64,000 nt of DNA from Candidatus Omnitrophota bacterium (GCA_903856085.1 CAIOAT010000013.1:39430-103429); one strand, 5' to 3'. Counted from the first letter of the stretch, positions 1 through 9,998 are shown. Made by a program: numbers and translations. Notes: a model not told the origin generated them from the letters alone.

Positions 1-90
1 AAGATGCGCGATCGCGGCTCCGTTGATGCCGCCGCCGATCACGAGAAGGTCATAAGTGGTTTTTTTAAACTGCTCTATATTTCTTTGCAT
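1..90 (-). CDS. glpD: FAD-dependent glycerol-3-phosphate dehydrogenase, N-terminal fragment (runs off window)
   Basis: Manual translation from ATG at 90 gives MQRNIEQFKKTTYDLLVIGGGINGAAIAHL, the GlpD FAD-binding motif; lies directly downstream of glpK. Confidence 0.85.
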   Translation of the reverse strand, partial: MQRNIEQFKKTTYDLLVIGGGINGAAIAHL

Positions 91-186
91 CGCATACCGC
101 CTTCATATTCCATTGACATCGAAACCCGGAACTCGCACCTCAAGCCACACGCATGGACCACGAAAACGCAGTGCGAGGCCCGGCTT

Positions 187-1665
187 TTACAGCAAAGTCC
201 TTCGAACGGCCTTCTGCCATCCTTGATAAAATTTCGAGCGCTCGCCGGGTTTCATCGCCGGCACAAAAATGCGGTCGACTTGGTGCTGCTTCTTGAGATC
301 ATGACTCTTTTTCCAGAGCCCCATCGTGACACCGGCCAAATGCGCCACACCGCGGGCCGTGAGTTCGATCACTTTGGGACGAATGATCTTCGAGCCAAGG
401 ATATCCGCCTGGAACTGCATAAGAAAATTATTCTTGCACGCGCCGCCATCCACTTTCAACTCATGGATCGGACGGCCGAACGCCTTTTGCATAATATCGA
501 AAACGTCGCGGCTCTGATAAGCGATCGCTTCAAGACACGCCCGGATCAAATGAGCGGTGGTGGTCCCACGCGTGATCCCGGCAATCAAACCGCGCGCGTC
601 ACTTTTCCAGTAAGGCGCACCCAAGCCCACAAACGCCGGCACCACATAAACCCCACCTGTATCTTTGAGATTCCTGATCGGTTTTTCAGTTTCTGCGGAA
701 CTCCGGATAACCTTGAGACCGTCACGCAGCCACTGAATGACCGCGCCCCCGATGAAGACGGCACCTTCGAGCGCATAAACGGGCCTGCCTTTGAAATCGC
801 AAGCGAGCGTCGTCAGGAGTCCTTCTTTTGAAACAACGAGTTTCTTGCCCGTGTTCATCATGATGAAACAACCCGTGCCGTAGGTGTTCTTGCTGGTGCC
901 GGCTTCGTAACAACCCTGGCCGTAAAGCGCGGCCTGCTGATCCCCCATCACTCCCGCAATCGGAATGCCGGCCGGAAGTCCTGCGATCTTTCGTGTGGTC
1001 CCAAAAATTGAGCCGGACCGCCGGAGTTCCGGCAGAACCTTGGCGGAAACACCAAAGATCTTAAGAAGCTTCGGATCCCACTTTTTTGTTTGGATATTGA
1101 GAAGCAGGGTGCGCGAGGCATTCGTAAGATCGGTCACGTGCGACCGCCCGCCGGTGAGTTTCCAGATCAACCAACTGTCGATCGTGCCGAACGCGATCTT
1201 TCCCCGGGCTGCCCTTTGGCGAAGACCCGGAACATGATCGAGCAGCCACTGGATCTTGGTGCCAGAAAAATAAGGATCCAGCACAAGCCCCGTTTTCTTA
1301 TGGATCAACGGTTCGTGCTTTTTATGCGCCCGGCAAATATCGGAAGTCCGGCGGCATTGCCAAACGATGGCGTGATGGACAGACCTTGAGGTCTCGCGGT
1401 CCCACATCACCGTGGTTTCCCGCTGGTTGGTAATGCCAAGGGCAAGGATCTCTCCGGGAGCGATCTTGCTTTTGCAAACGGTCTCCCGGATCACAGTCTC
1501 GCAGGAGCGCCAGATCTCCTGGGCGTCGTGTTCCACCCAGCCGGGTTTAGGGAAATACTGTTTAAACTCGCGGTAGGCACTCGCGACGGTTTTCCCGTTC
1601 ACATCAAAAAGAATGGCCCTCGAACCGGTCGTTCCCTGGTCGAGCGCGAGGATGTAACGCTTCAC
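187..1665 (-). CDS. glpK: glycerol kinase
   Basis: ALDQGTTGSR, GITNQRET, DPYFSGTK, GDQQAALYGQ, KNTYGTGCF motifs; GTG start overlaps the upstream stop (GTGA). Confidence 0.97.
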   Translation of the reverse strand: MKRYILALDQGTTGSRAILFDVNGKTVASAYREFKQYFPKPGWVEHDAQEIWRSCETVIRETVCKSKIAPGEILALGITNQRETTVMWDRETSRSVHHAIVWQCRRTSDICRAHKKHEPLIHKKTGLVLDPYFSGTKIQWLLDHVPGLRQRAARGKIAFGTIDSWLIWKLTGGRSHVTDLTNASRTLLLNIQTKKWDPKLLKIFGVSAKVLPELRRSGSIFGTTRKIAGLPAGIPIAGVMGDQQAALYGQGCYEAGTSKNTYGTGCFIMMNTGKKLVVSKEGLLTTLACDFKGRPVYALEGAVFIGGAVIQWLRDGLKVIRSSAETEKPIRNLKDTGGVYVVPAFVGLGAPYWKSDARGLIAGITRGTTTAHLIRACLEAIAYQSRDVFDIMQKAFGRPIHELKVDGGACKNNFLMQFQADILGSKIIRPKVIELTARGVAHLAGVTMGLWKKSHDLKKQHQVDRIFVPAMKPGERSKFYQGWQKAVRRTLL

Positions 1666-2450
1666 GTCAGATCGTCCAGCACTTTGGTGGTGACAATAAA
1701 ACTCGCGTTCTTGAGACGAAGAATGTTCCGTCCTTTCAACACCCACTGCAGCGTCTTCAGGAACTCGGAGCGGTCCGCGATCTGGACGAGACAACCCCGA
1801 TAGGCAACGCTGATCTGGCCGCGTTCTTCGGAAACCACGAGCGCGATGGCATCGGTTTTTTCCGTGATCCCGATCGCCGCCCGGTGCCGCGTGCCGAAAC
1901 TCGGTGAAAGATCGGAAAGCGACGCAAGAGGCAGAATGCCCTTCACGGTCTGCATACGCCCTTTGTGCACAATAAGCGCGCCGTCATGCACGGGAGATGA
2001 GGTCAGAAACAACGGAACGAGAATTTCAGATTTGATCTCTGCGTCAAACGGCATGCCGCCTTTCATGAACGGACGAAGAGGCTGTTTGCGCTGGAGAATA
2101 ATAAGTGCGCCGACTTTACGGGATGCCATGCGCTCCATAGCCGACCAGATCTCCAAAAGATACTGCGGGAGCTGCGGTGTCTTCCAGAAGATATTCCCAA
2201 ACCGCTCGACGGTCCAAAGAACCGCCGCAACCAGCATATCGACACACAGCACCCCCCCCGCAATCACGAGGAACACGATCCCGGCACGATACACGAATAA
2301 AACGTCCACGGCAGGCACGGCGAAAAAAAGTGCGGTCCAAAGGCAGAAGCCCCCCGCCAGATACTTAAGCGATGACCTAAGCCAGACAAGTTTGACCGGA
2401 TAAAAAAAATATCCAAGGGCGATCACGACGGCAGTCAGGGTGACAAACAT
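1662..2450 (-). CDS. membrane-anchored diadenylate cyclase (DAC/DisA_N domain, CdaA-like)
   Basis: Three N-terminal hydrophobic helices, then catalytic HDGA and GTRHRAA motifs and VSEERG. Confidence 0.92.
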   Translation of the reverse strand: MFVTLTAVVIALGYFFYPVKLVWLRSSLKYLAGGFCLWTALFFAVPAVDVLFVYRAGIVFLVIAGGVLCVDMLVAAVLWTVERFGNIFWKTPQLPQYLLEIWSAMERMASRKVGALIILQRKQPLRPFMKGGMPFDAEIKSEILVPLFLTSSPVHDGALIVHKGRMQTVKGILPLASLSDLSPSFGTRHRAAIGITEKTDAIALVVSEERGQISVAYRGCLVQIADRSEFLKTLQWVLKGRNILRLKNASFIVTTKVLDDLT

Positions 2451-2525
2451 GGACGTTCCTCCAGGAATGTTCGTTCTCTCTAATATTACGGCAGAACGCG
2501 CCGCAAGATTGACCGTAACTTCGGG

Positions 2526-3443
2526 CTAGGCCGTCTTACGGACGATCAGTTTTGGAAGATACCGTTTTGAAACAGGCTGGTGAGCCGGACCTTCGATCTG
2601 CCGGATCAAAATATTCACCGCGTCCTTCCCCATTTGAGCAAGAGGCTGGCGAACGGTGGTCAGCGGAGGTGAGAAACTTTTCGCGTGTTCATTGTCGTCG
2701 AAACCGATCACGGCCATGCTTTTTCCGGATTCCTTCAGCGCCCGGAGCACACCGAACGCGAGATCATCATTCCCGCAAACGATCGCCTCCGGCAGATTCT
2801 TTTCCCTGAGCCATTTTTTCATCACTCGATACCCTTCGGCCTCGCTGTTCGCTTTTCCGGCCCGAATCCATTTTTGATGGAACGGAATGCGCTTTGCCTT
2901 CAAAGCTTTTACGAATCCCTCTTCTTTGAGACGGGTATCGATAAACGGAACAAGGACTTTTTTCTTTCCGACCGTAAACGAAACAGACATCGGCCCGTGC
3001 AACATCCCAATCTTGCGGCACCCTTTTTTCACAAGATGCGCCACAGCTTGGGCCATTCCCGAAGCAGTGTCCGTGGAAACGTTATTCACCCGAAGCCCGG
3101 AGACAGGATCATTGACGACCAGCACCCGAGAGTGTGCCGTTGTTTCAATCAGTCCGGCGACCGAAGGATGGATCCATCGCCAGGTCAGAATGAGAAGTCC
3201 ATCCAGCCCGTTCTTCGCGAAAATCTCCTCCAGGCTTTTGTACGGTTTGGCGGGCATCATAATGATCTTGATGCGGCCCCCTGCTGCCTTGATCCGCGGA
3301 AGGATCCCTGACAAAAGACCTAAGTGATAATTGGAATGGAAAATATCCTTAGCGGGAGTGGTGAGAATACCGAAAGTGTAAGAACCTTTTTTCAAAGGAA
3401 GATCTGAGGACCGCGGGAACGCATCAGGCCCGGCCGCTCTCAC
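2526..3443 (-). CDS. LacI/GalR-type ligand-binding domain protein with no N-terminal HTH
   Basis: AIVCGNDDLAFG, VIGFDD and PPLTTVRQP motifs; N-terminus begins at about the hinge region. Confidence 0.85.
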   Translation of the reverse strand: MRAAGPDAFPRSSDLPLKKGSYTFGILTTPAKDIFHSNYHLGLLSGILPRIKAAGGRIKIIMMPAKPYKSLEEIFAKNGLDGLLILTWRWIHPSVAGLIETTAHSRVLVVNDPVSGLRVNNVSTDTASGMAQAVAHLVKKGCRKIGMLHGPMSVSFTVGKKKVLVPFIDTRLKEEGFVKALKAKRIPFHQKWIRAGKANSEAEGYRVMKKWLREKNLPEAIVCGNDDLAFGVLRALKESGKSMAVIGFDDNEHAKSFSPPLTTVRQPLAQMGKDAVNILIRQIEGPAHQPVSKRYLPKLIVRKTA

Positions 3444-3757
3444 GCACCGGCCTCGGCGACCTCTACGGAAAGGGCTTTCCAGGCATCGGTCGGCTCATCG
3501 TATTGGGCTTCGATCGTGACATCATCGTTCTCGTGGATATCCTTGAGAGAAGTGACGCCCGAAAAGATAGTAGCCTGATCGACCAGGATCTCTTTTTTCT
3601 CTTCGATGTCCGTGATCGGATCGATCTCACTGATCGTGATCGTCTTGGCCTTGGAGTCGATCTTCTGGACCTCGCCGTCAAACCATTCTGCGCGAAGCAT
3701 CACCCCCAACGGGAGCATCAGAACCAAAAGAAGGGCAATGACCTTGGAAGCTTTCAT
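3440..3757 (-). CDS. small exported acidic protein, OB-fold-like
   Basis: Signal peptide MKASKVIALLLVLMLPLGVMLRA, then GEVQKID...TITI...DIHENDDVTI beta pattern. Confidence 0.7.
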   Translation of the reverse strand: MKASKVIALLLVLMLPLGVMLRAEWFDGEVQKIDSKAKTITISEIDPITDIEEKKEILVDQATIFSGVTSLKDIHENDDVTIEAQYDEPTDAWKALSVEVAEAGA

Positions 3758-3865
3758 GGTTTCTTTCTTGCGCTGCGTTGCTGTTGATCTTGAGGGCTCG
3801 CAGCTCTTGAAAATTTCTCGGTTCAAAAAAGTAAAACGCCTGAGATAGAATACTCCAAGAAGGCG

Positions 3866-5593
3866 CTAACCGACAATCAATAAATGGCAATCTTTGCGGA
3901 GGTTATGGGCGAGTGTACGCAGCACGTCGCCGCGTAAAAGATTGATGAGCGCGCTGCGTTTCGTAGAACCAATCGCCACGGCCTTAACATCAAGGTCTTG
4001 GGCAGCGCGTGCGATCAACCGGCCGGGGTTATCCCCCACCATCCAGATCGGGACCGCCGTGATGCCGCGTTTTTCCATCTCTTCCTGGGCCTGCGCGAGC
4101 ACCTCCACGGATTCCCGTGACGGCTCCATTTCAGTCGGAAGCTCGGGCGATGGAGGCGTTTCTTCCACATAACTCAGATAAACCGAATTCTCGCCCATCG
4201 CCTTCACGTGAAGGGCGGCCTCTTCGAGTAGTACCAGATTAAACGATTTCAAAGCGACAAGAGCGGAACTTTTATAAAGCCCCGTAAGTTCCTTCGCCTC
4301 CGCCACGGTAAGCACGTTCACGGTCGAGGCCAGTTCCGGCATCGTGACCGGTGCGATCATCTTGGCCGCATAACGCAACGCCAAACCGGCCCCCACAATA
4401 GTAAGAACAAAGAAAAGCGCGTTCTGCTTCTGAATCGCGATCGTCACTTCGATAAAAAGCGTGATGATCCCGCCCGCGGCCAAAAGAACGCGCTCCCAAA
4501 GTTTCAATCGAAGTCCAAAGTTCGTCGCGCAAGTCGAAAGGTTGAGTGCAATCGCCCCCACGACACCAATCGCATAAAGAGCCGCCAGATGAACAATGTC
4601 CTTCTCAACAACAAGCACAAAGACCGGAACCAAAGTCGCGATGATCAGCGCAAGCCATGGCATCCCAAAGCGATTAAGCTTCGAAAAGATAGGCGGCAGT
4701 TCACGATCCTTGGCCATCACAAACTGGATACTTACCAAATCGGAGATAGCCGTGTTTCCCGCCGACAAAAGAAGAAAGCCGAACGCAATTGAAATGATCT
4801 GCCCAAACCAAGGGCCAATGTAATAAATGCCCAGGGCACGCAACATATCCTCCGTATGCCCCGTAAGGCCGGGGATGGCGTTCATCGCGATCCCCAGAAG
4901 GAATGTCAGGAGCGAAACTTCGATCAGTACCGGCATGATCGCACGCCGAGAGGTTTTCGCGACCGGTTCCACCATCACGCCAGTCATATTCGCAATGGCC
5001 TCCACGCCCGAAAGCGCAAGCACAATCCCGACAAAGACTGGCCAGTTCTTGATGAATCCGCCCACCGGCATTGTAAGATGAACATGCGAAAGACTCGGCA
5101 CGGTAAAAGCAAAAAGAATTAAAGCGGTAAGAGAGGCAAACACAGCAATCACCGCCGCAACCGTGCCGCCCTTCGAAGGCCCGACCCAGTTGATGGCGCC
5201 AATCGCAAGGATCGCGCCAATGGCCCAGAGTTCGGGATACGGCACATTAAAATAATGAAAAGCATCCAGCACACTCAGGGACACAGTCACCACGTAATCC
5301 GCTACCAGGAGAAGTGCGCCAATCACGGCGAGGGTCTGTGAGCGGTGTTTGACCGAGGAATAAACGCCACCGCCGTCGGGATAAATGCGGCAGATGATCG
5401 TATAACAAATACCGACCAGGACCATGAAAAGCGACATGAGTCCGAGGAAGAACCAGGAGGCGTGACCGGCAAGGGCGAAAGCAATACCAAGAACATAGGC
5501 CTTGCTCGTGCCCCAGTCGCCATAGAGCATGGCGCCGGCATGATACCATTTAAGTTCGCGAGGTCTTTCGACCCGTTTGATCATGAGAGCCAT
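3866..5593 (-). CDS. APC-superfamily transporter (KimA/KUP-like K+/H+ symporter) with C-terminal universal stress protein domain
   Basis: About 12 TM segments; YGDWGTS resembles KUP YGDIGTS; ADYVVTVSLS and LSGVEAIAN resemble KimA; C-terminal USP fold (AIGSTKRS...GDVLRTL). Confidence 0.8.
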   Translation of the reverse strand: MALMIKRVERPRELKWYHAGAMLYGDWGTSKAYVLGIAFALAGHASWFFLGLMSLFMVLVGICYTIICRIYPDGGGVYSSVKHRSQTLAVIGALLLVADYVVTVSLSVLDAFHYFNVPYPELWAIGAILAIGAINWVGPSKGGTVAAVIAVFASLTALILFAFTVPSLSHVHLTMPVGGFIKNWPVFVGIVLALSGVEAIANMTGVMVEPVAKTSRRAIMPVLIEVSLLTFLLGIAMNAIPGLTGHTEDMLRALGIYYIGPWFGQIISIAFGFLLLSAGNTAISDLVSIQFVMAKDRELPPIFSKLNRFGMPWLALIIATLVPVFVLVVEKDIVHLAALYAIGVVGAIALNLSTCATNFGLRLKLWERVLLAAGGIITLFIEVTIAIQKQNALFFVLTIVGAGLALRYAAKMIAPVTMPELASTVNVLTVAEAKELTGLYKSSALVALKSFNLVLLEEAALHVKAMGENSVYLSYVEETPPSPELPTEMEPSRESVEVLAQAQEEMEKRGITAVPIWMVGDNPGRLIARAAQDLDVKAVAIGSTKRSALINLLRGDVLRTLAHNLRKDCHLLIVG

Positions 5594-5877
5594 AGGAAGT
5601 GCGTAATATAGCAGAAGGGACCAGACAATCAATTTAACTTTTATCGAAGAATGGGGCCTGTCTCCCTTTCTATAATAGATCTCCTTTCCCGTGAGTGTTA
5701 AAATTGGGCTGGCATTTTCCAGGCATTACGCCTATTATACGAGTCCATTCAGCAAGATCCTTCAAGAACTCTATTCAACTTCAACAATGTAAAGATAGTT
5801 ATTAGCTTGAGCTCTGCGTTTCTTGGTTATTCCACAGAAGATTTGCAGACTTGAGTTATTAATTCGACTGGAGACAT

Positions 5878-8357
5878 ATGAAAAAATTTTTTACTCGAGT
5901 TTCTCTTCTAGGCACGCTCTGCCTCGGTCAAGGCGTCGCATGGGCCAGTGAAGCGGATCTGAAGATCCCGGACCTCCATGAGGGACACTTCACCATGTTC
6001 GGCGGTCTTTCGGGTTTCCAGATCCTCCTCTACGGAGCCATGGTGATCCTCGGGACGGTCGGTTTATCCCTTTACCAGTTCTATAATGTGAAGGCTCTTC
6101 CCGCCCACAAGTCGATGCTTGACGTCTCGGAAACTATTTTCCAAACCTGCAAGACCTACCTCAAGCAGCAGGTAAAATTCCTTACGATCCTGTTCGCGAT
6201 CATTGCATGCGCGATGAGTTATTACTTCCTGGGACTCAAGCACGAGCCTCTCGCAACCTTGGGATTGGTCCTCTTTTTCTCGGTGGTCGGCATGGCGGGG
6301 TCTACCCTGGTAGCATATTATGGGATCCGCGTTAACACCTATGCTAACTCAAGAACCGCATTCGCCTCCCTGCGTGGAAAGCCTTGGGATGTGGTCAATA
6401 TCCCCATGCGCTCCGGCATGTCCGTCGGCCTTTTCCTGATCTCCGTCGAGCTGGTGATGATGGTGATCATCCTGCTCTTCGTGCCACGCGACATCGTCGG
6501 GTACTGCTTTTTGGGGTTTGCCATCGGAGAATCGCTAGCGGCGAGCGCTCTGAGGATCGCGGGCGGCATTTTCACCAAGATCGCCGACATCGGCTCGGAC
6601 CTCATGAAGATCGTCTTCAAGGTGAAAGAAGATGACCCGCGCAATCCCGGCGTCATCGCCGACTGCACAGGCGACAACGCTGGCGACTCGGTGGGACCTA
6701 CCGCTGACGGTTTCGAGACCTACGGCGTTACCGGCGTCGCACTTATTTCGTTCATCACCCTCGCGGTAAAAGATCCCTCCCTTCAAGCAAAGCTCATCGT
6801 CTGGATCTTCGCCATGCGTTTTTTGATGGATTTCATGTCAGGAGCTCCTATTTCATCAACAAAGCCATCTCCGAACGCAAGTACAAGGACTTGAAAGAAT
6901 TCGATTTCGAGGAGCCCCTCACGCGCCTGATCCAGATCGCTTCGGCCCTCTGCATCTCCACCTCGTTCGGGATGTCGTACCTGCTGGTCGGTGATCTCCC
7001 GGATCCGACGCTCTGGTGGAAACTCGCCTCGATCATCACTTGCGGAACTTTAGCGGCTTACCTCATTCCAGAATTCACTAAGGTCTTCACTTCCTCCCAC
7101 TCCAAGCATGTTCAAGAGATCGTCACCGCATCACGTGAAGGCGGAGCATCGCTCACGATCCTCTCGGGCCTTGTGGCAGGTTATTTCTCAGCATTCTGGA
7201 AAGGTATTCTCATCGCGGGTCTCATGTTCGCAGCCTACTTGATCTCGGGAACGGGGCTCCAGAACATCATGCCGCACGCCTCGGTCTTCGCGTTTGGTCT
7301 GGTGGCTTATGGCTTTCTCTGCATGGGCCCGGTGAACATTGCGGTGGACTCCTACGGTCCGGTGACGGATAACGCCCAATCGATCTTCGAATTGGCTCAG
7401 ACGGAGTCGATCCCCGGAATCGAGAAGGAGATCGAGAAGGATTTCGGATTCAAGCCTGATTTTAAAATGGGCAAGCACTACCTGGAAGCTAATGACTCGG
7501 CAGGCAACACCTTTAAGGCCACCGCGAAACCGGTACTGATCGGGACGGCCGTCGCCGGCGCAACGACGATGATCTTTTCGATCATCCTGCTTCTCCAGCA
7601 TCACCTCCAGGAGGGCGTAATCGCCGCGGCGGCAGGCGCACTGGTTCCCGCGAATGCCGGAGAGATGCTGTTAAACGCAAAGCTGTCGCTCACGGCTGCG
7701 CCGATCCTCTTGGGAATTCTGTGCGGTGGCGCTGTGATCTTCTGGTTCTGCGGCGCTTCCATTCAAGCCGTGGCCACCGGGGCCTACTCCGCTGTCGAGT
7801 ACATCAAGAAAAACTTGAACCTCGATAAGAAAGAGGCCGATCGCGCGGATTCAATCAAGGTCGTGCAGATCTGTACCGAGTACGCTCAAAAAGGGATGTG
7901 GAATATTTTCATCGGGCTGCTCATGCTCACACTCGCCTTTGCGATGTTCGACCCTTATTTCTTTATCGCCTACCTCATCGCCATCGCCACTTTCGGCCTT
8001 TTCCAGGCTATGTTCATGGCCAACGCGGGCGGCTCGTGGGACAACGCAAAGAAGGTTGTGGAGGTCGATTTGGGAGAGAGGAACACGCCGCTTCATTCCG
8101 CGACCGTCATTGGCGACACCGTGGGAGATCCCTTCAAGGATACCACTTCAGTGTCCCTCAACCCGATCATCAAGTTCTCGACCCTCTTCGGCATGCTTGC
8201 CGTCGAGATCGCGATCAAGATGAACCCGGCAACGACCCGCATCAGCGGAGTAGTCTTCTTCGCTACAGGACTGTTCTTCGTCTGGAGGTCTTTTTACAAG
8301 ATGCGGATTCCGCGGCTGGCGACCCCAGCGGCAACAGACAAAACGTTGGTTTTGTAG
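5878..8357 (+). CDS. hppA: membrane-bound ion-translocating pyrophosphatase, K+-independent type, split by a 1-nt frameshift near 6842
   Basis: GGIFTKIADIGSDL, EDDPRNP, DCTGDNAGD in ORF1; GPVTDNA, GNTFKA, GGSWDNAKK, GDTVGDPFKD in ORF2; adding one G at 6841-6842 joins the frames (GGG AGC TCC TAT TTC). Confidence 0.93.
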
Positions 8358-8365
8358 AAGAAATC

Positions 8366-8410
8366 AATAAAAAAGCGCAGGACGGCGTACCGTCCTGCGC
8401 TTTTTTTATT
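8366..8410. terminator. bidirectional intrinsic terminator between hppA and the TerC gene
   Basis: GCGCAGGACGG-CGTA-CCGTCCTGCGC flanked by A and T runs, between convergent genes. Confidence 0.9.
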
Positions 8411-8506
8411 TTCTAAACTAAAACAGTCTCGATAAGAGAAACGTCCCTATTCGGCTGCAAAGGATAGCTATTGGTTCTGTAAATCTTATGTGAGGCCTGA
8501 AATCTA

Positions 8507-9427
8507 TTAACTGCCCAGCCCAGAGGCGGGACGAAGCACCGAAATCAGGATACTGATCCCCAAAATTGACGCGACCGCCACGAGCGCCACCCCCACCGGA
8601 ATGTAAAAAAAACCTGAGACCAGCATTTTGACTCCGATGAAAGCCAAAACAACCGAAAGACCGTAATTAAGATAACGAAAAAGCCTCATTAATCCTGCCA
8701 GAGCGAAGAAGATTGAGCGTAATCCCAACACCGCGAAAATATTCGACGTGTAAACCACGAAGGAATCGGTCGTGATTCCCAGAACCGCAGGGATCGAATC
8801 CATTGCGAAAACAATGTCGGTGGTCGCGATCACAAGCAAAACGACCACCAGCGGCGTTGCGTATTTTTTTTCGCCTCGCAGGACAAAAAACTTTTCGTGT
8901 TCGTAGTCTTCGGTAACCGGCATAAATTTCCGAAAAATTTTCACAAGAGGGTTTTTAGCCGGATCAACTTCTTTTTCTTCACCAAACGCCAGTTTGTAGG
9001 CCGTGACGATCAAAAGGGCCCCGAAAATATAAAGAATCCAGTGGAAACGGCTGATCAATGTAACGCCAGCTGCAATAAAAATGATGCGGAAGATAATCGC
9101 ACCCATAATTCCCCAATAAAGCGTCTTGTGTTGATAGTGGCTCGGCACTTTAAAAAAATTGAAGATCAGAAGGAAAACAAAAAGGTTATCCACGCTCAAG
9201 GATTCTTCGAGAAGGTAACCGGCCAAAAACTTCATGGCCATCTCGTGTCCACGAAAAATCAGAATTCCGAGGTTGAAAAGAAATGCCAGACCGATCCAAA
9301 GTCCGCTCCAAATGAGCGCTTCCTTGATTTTGACTTCGTGTGCCTTTCGGTTGAAGACTCCGAGATCAAGAAACATCATCCCGCAAACCAGAATGCCGAA
9401 AACAGTCCAGGCAAAAATATTGTTCAT
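8507..9427 (-). CDS. TerC/Alx family membrane protein (Mn-export-like)
   Basis: YLLEESLSVDNLFVF and DIVFAMDSIPA motifs; about 9 TM; GGAG SD before ATG at 9427. Confidence 0.93.
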   Translation of the reverse strand: MNNIFAWTVFGILVCGMMFLDLGVFNRKAHEVKIKEALIWSGLWIGLAFLFNLGILIFRGHEMAMKFLAGYLLEESLSVDNLFVFLLIFNFFKVPSHYQHKTLYWGIMGAIIFRIIFIAAGVTLISRFHWILYIFGALLIVTAYKLAFGEEKEVDPAKNPLVKIFRKFMPVTEDYEHEKFFVLRGEKKYATPLVVVLLVIATTDIVFAMDSIPAVLGITTDSFVVYTSNIFAVLGLRSIFFALAGLMRLFRYLNYGLSVVLAFIGVKMLVSGFFYIPVGVALVAVASILGISILISVLRPASGLGS

Positions 9428-9477
9428 TAAAAACTCCGATCTGTGCAAGAGGGTCATTGCCCCTCTCTGCCTTTAGC

Positions 9478-9509
9478 AAAGAAGGCCAACCCCGAAGGGT
9501 TGGCCTTCT
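9478..9509 (-). terminator. intrinsic terminator-like hairpin
   Basis: 13-bp stem AGAAGGCCAACCC/GGGTTGGCCTTCT with a cUUCGg loop on the minus strand; U tail is short. Confidence 0.7.
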
Positions 9510-9692
9510 CCCGTGATTTTATCCTAAATAAAAACAATCTGCAACGCCGACGGGATTAGCTCTTGGTTCGGACCGCAGATTAGCCCGCCTCACCTCCCTT
9601 TAAGAAGCTCGGTTCACCCTTCTATTTTTCCCGTTCCCCTACACTGGGTATTAGGCGATCATGCCCCAGCCCTCTCGGGCAGGAAGCAAGTC

Positions 9693-9998
9693 TTACATCT
9701 TTACTTCTTTCAACGCTTCTTTCTCTTCCACCTTGATATCCTTAACAGCTTCTTTTGCTTCCGCTTTTACTTCCGCGGTTTCTTCCTTTGCTTCGGCCTT
9801 GATGTCCTTGGCGGTCGCCGGAGCGGAAAGCTCTTTCACTTCAACGGCCTCGCCTACCACATCACCGGTCGCCGCATTTTCCGCCACAACAACCGTTTCA
9901 TCGACAGCAACGGGTTCCTGCTGTTGAGCGGCAAACGCAAAAGCCGGGCAAAGCATCAACGCCACTACGAAAAGACTTACCACTGATTTACTCTTCAT
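9693..9998 (-). CDS. small exported low-complexity Ala/Glu/Lys/Val-rich protein
   Basis: AAGGAGA SD, signal peptide ending AFA, repeated KAEAKE units. Confidence 0.8.
   Translation of the reverse strand: MKSKSVVSLFVVALMLCPAFAFAAQQQEPVAVDETVVVAENAATGDVVGEAVEVKELSAPATAKDIKAEAKEETAEVKAEAKEAVKDIKVEEKEALKEVKM

Noticed and set aside
4-831. Long antisense ORFs such as 4-831 (+), 35921-36877 (+), 43958-44620 (+) and 46368-47087 (+)
   Set aside because: They are shadows of well-supported opposite-strand genes and carry no recognisable motifs.
5594-5877. c-di-AMP (ydaO) riboswitch upstream of the KimA-like gene
   Set aside because: The conserved ydaO motifs are not seen on the minus strand.
6838-6850. 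Programmed frameshift or true pseudogene in hppA
   Set aside because: There is no slippery heptamer, both halves are otherwise intact, and one added G (GG to GGG) repairs the frame. A sequencing/assembly deletion is most likely; reads are needed to confirm.
9430-9690. yybP-ykoY Mn2+ riboswitch upstream of TerC/Alx
   Set aside because: Expected from the gene family, but the GGGGAGUA and GAGACC core motifs are not visible.
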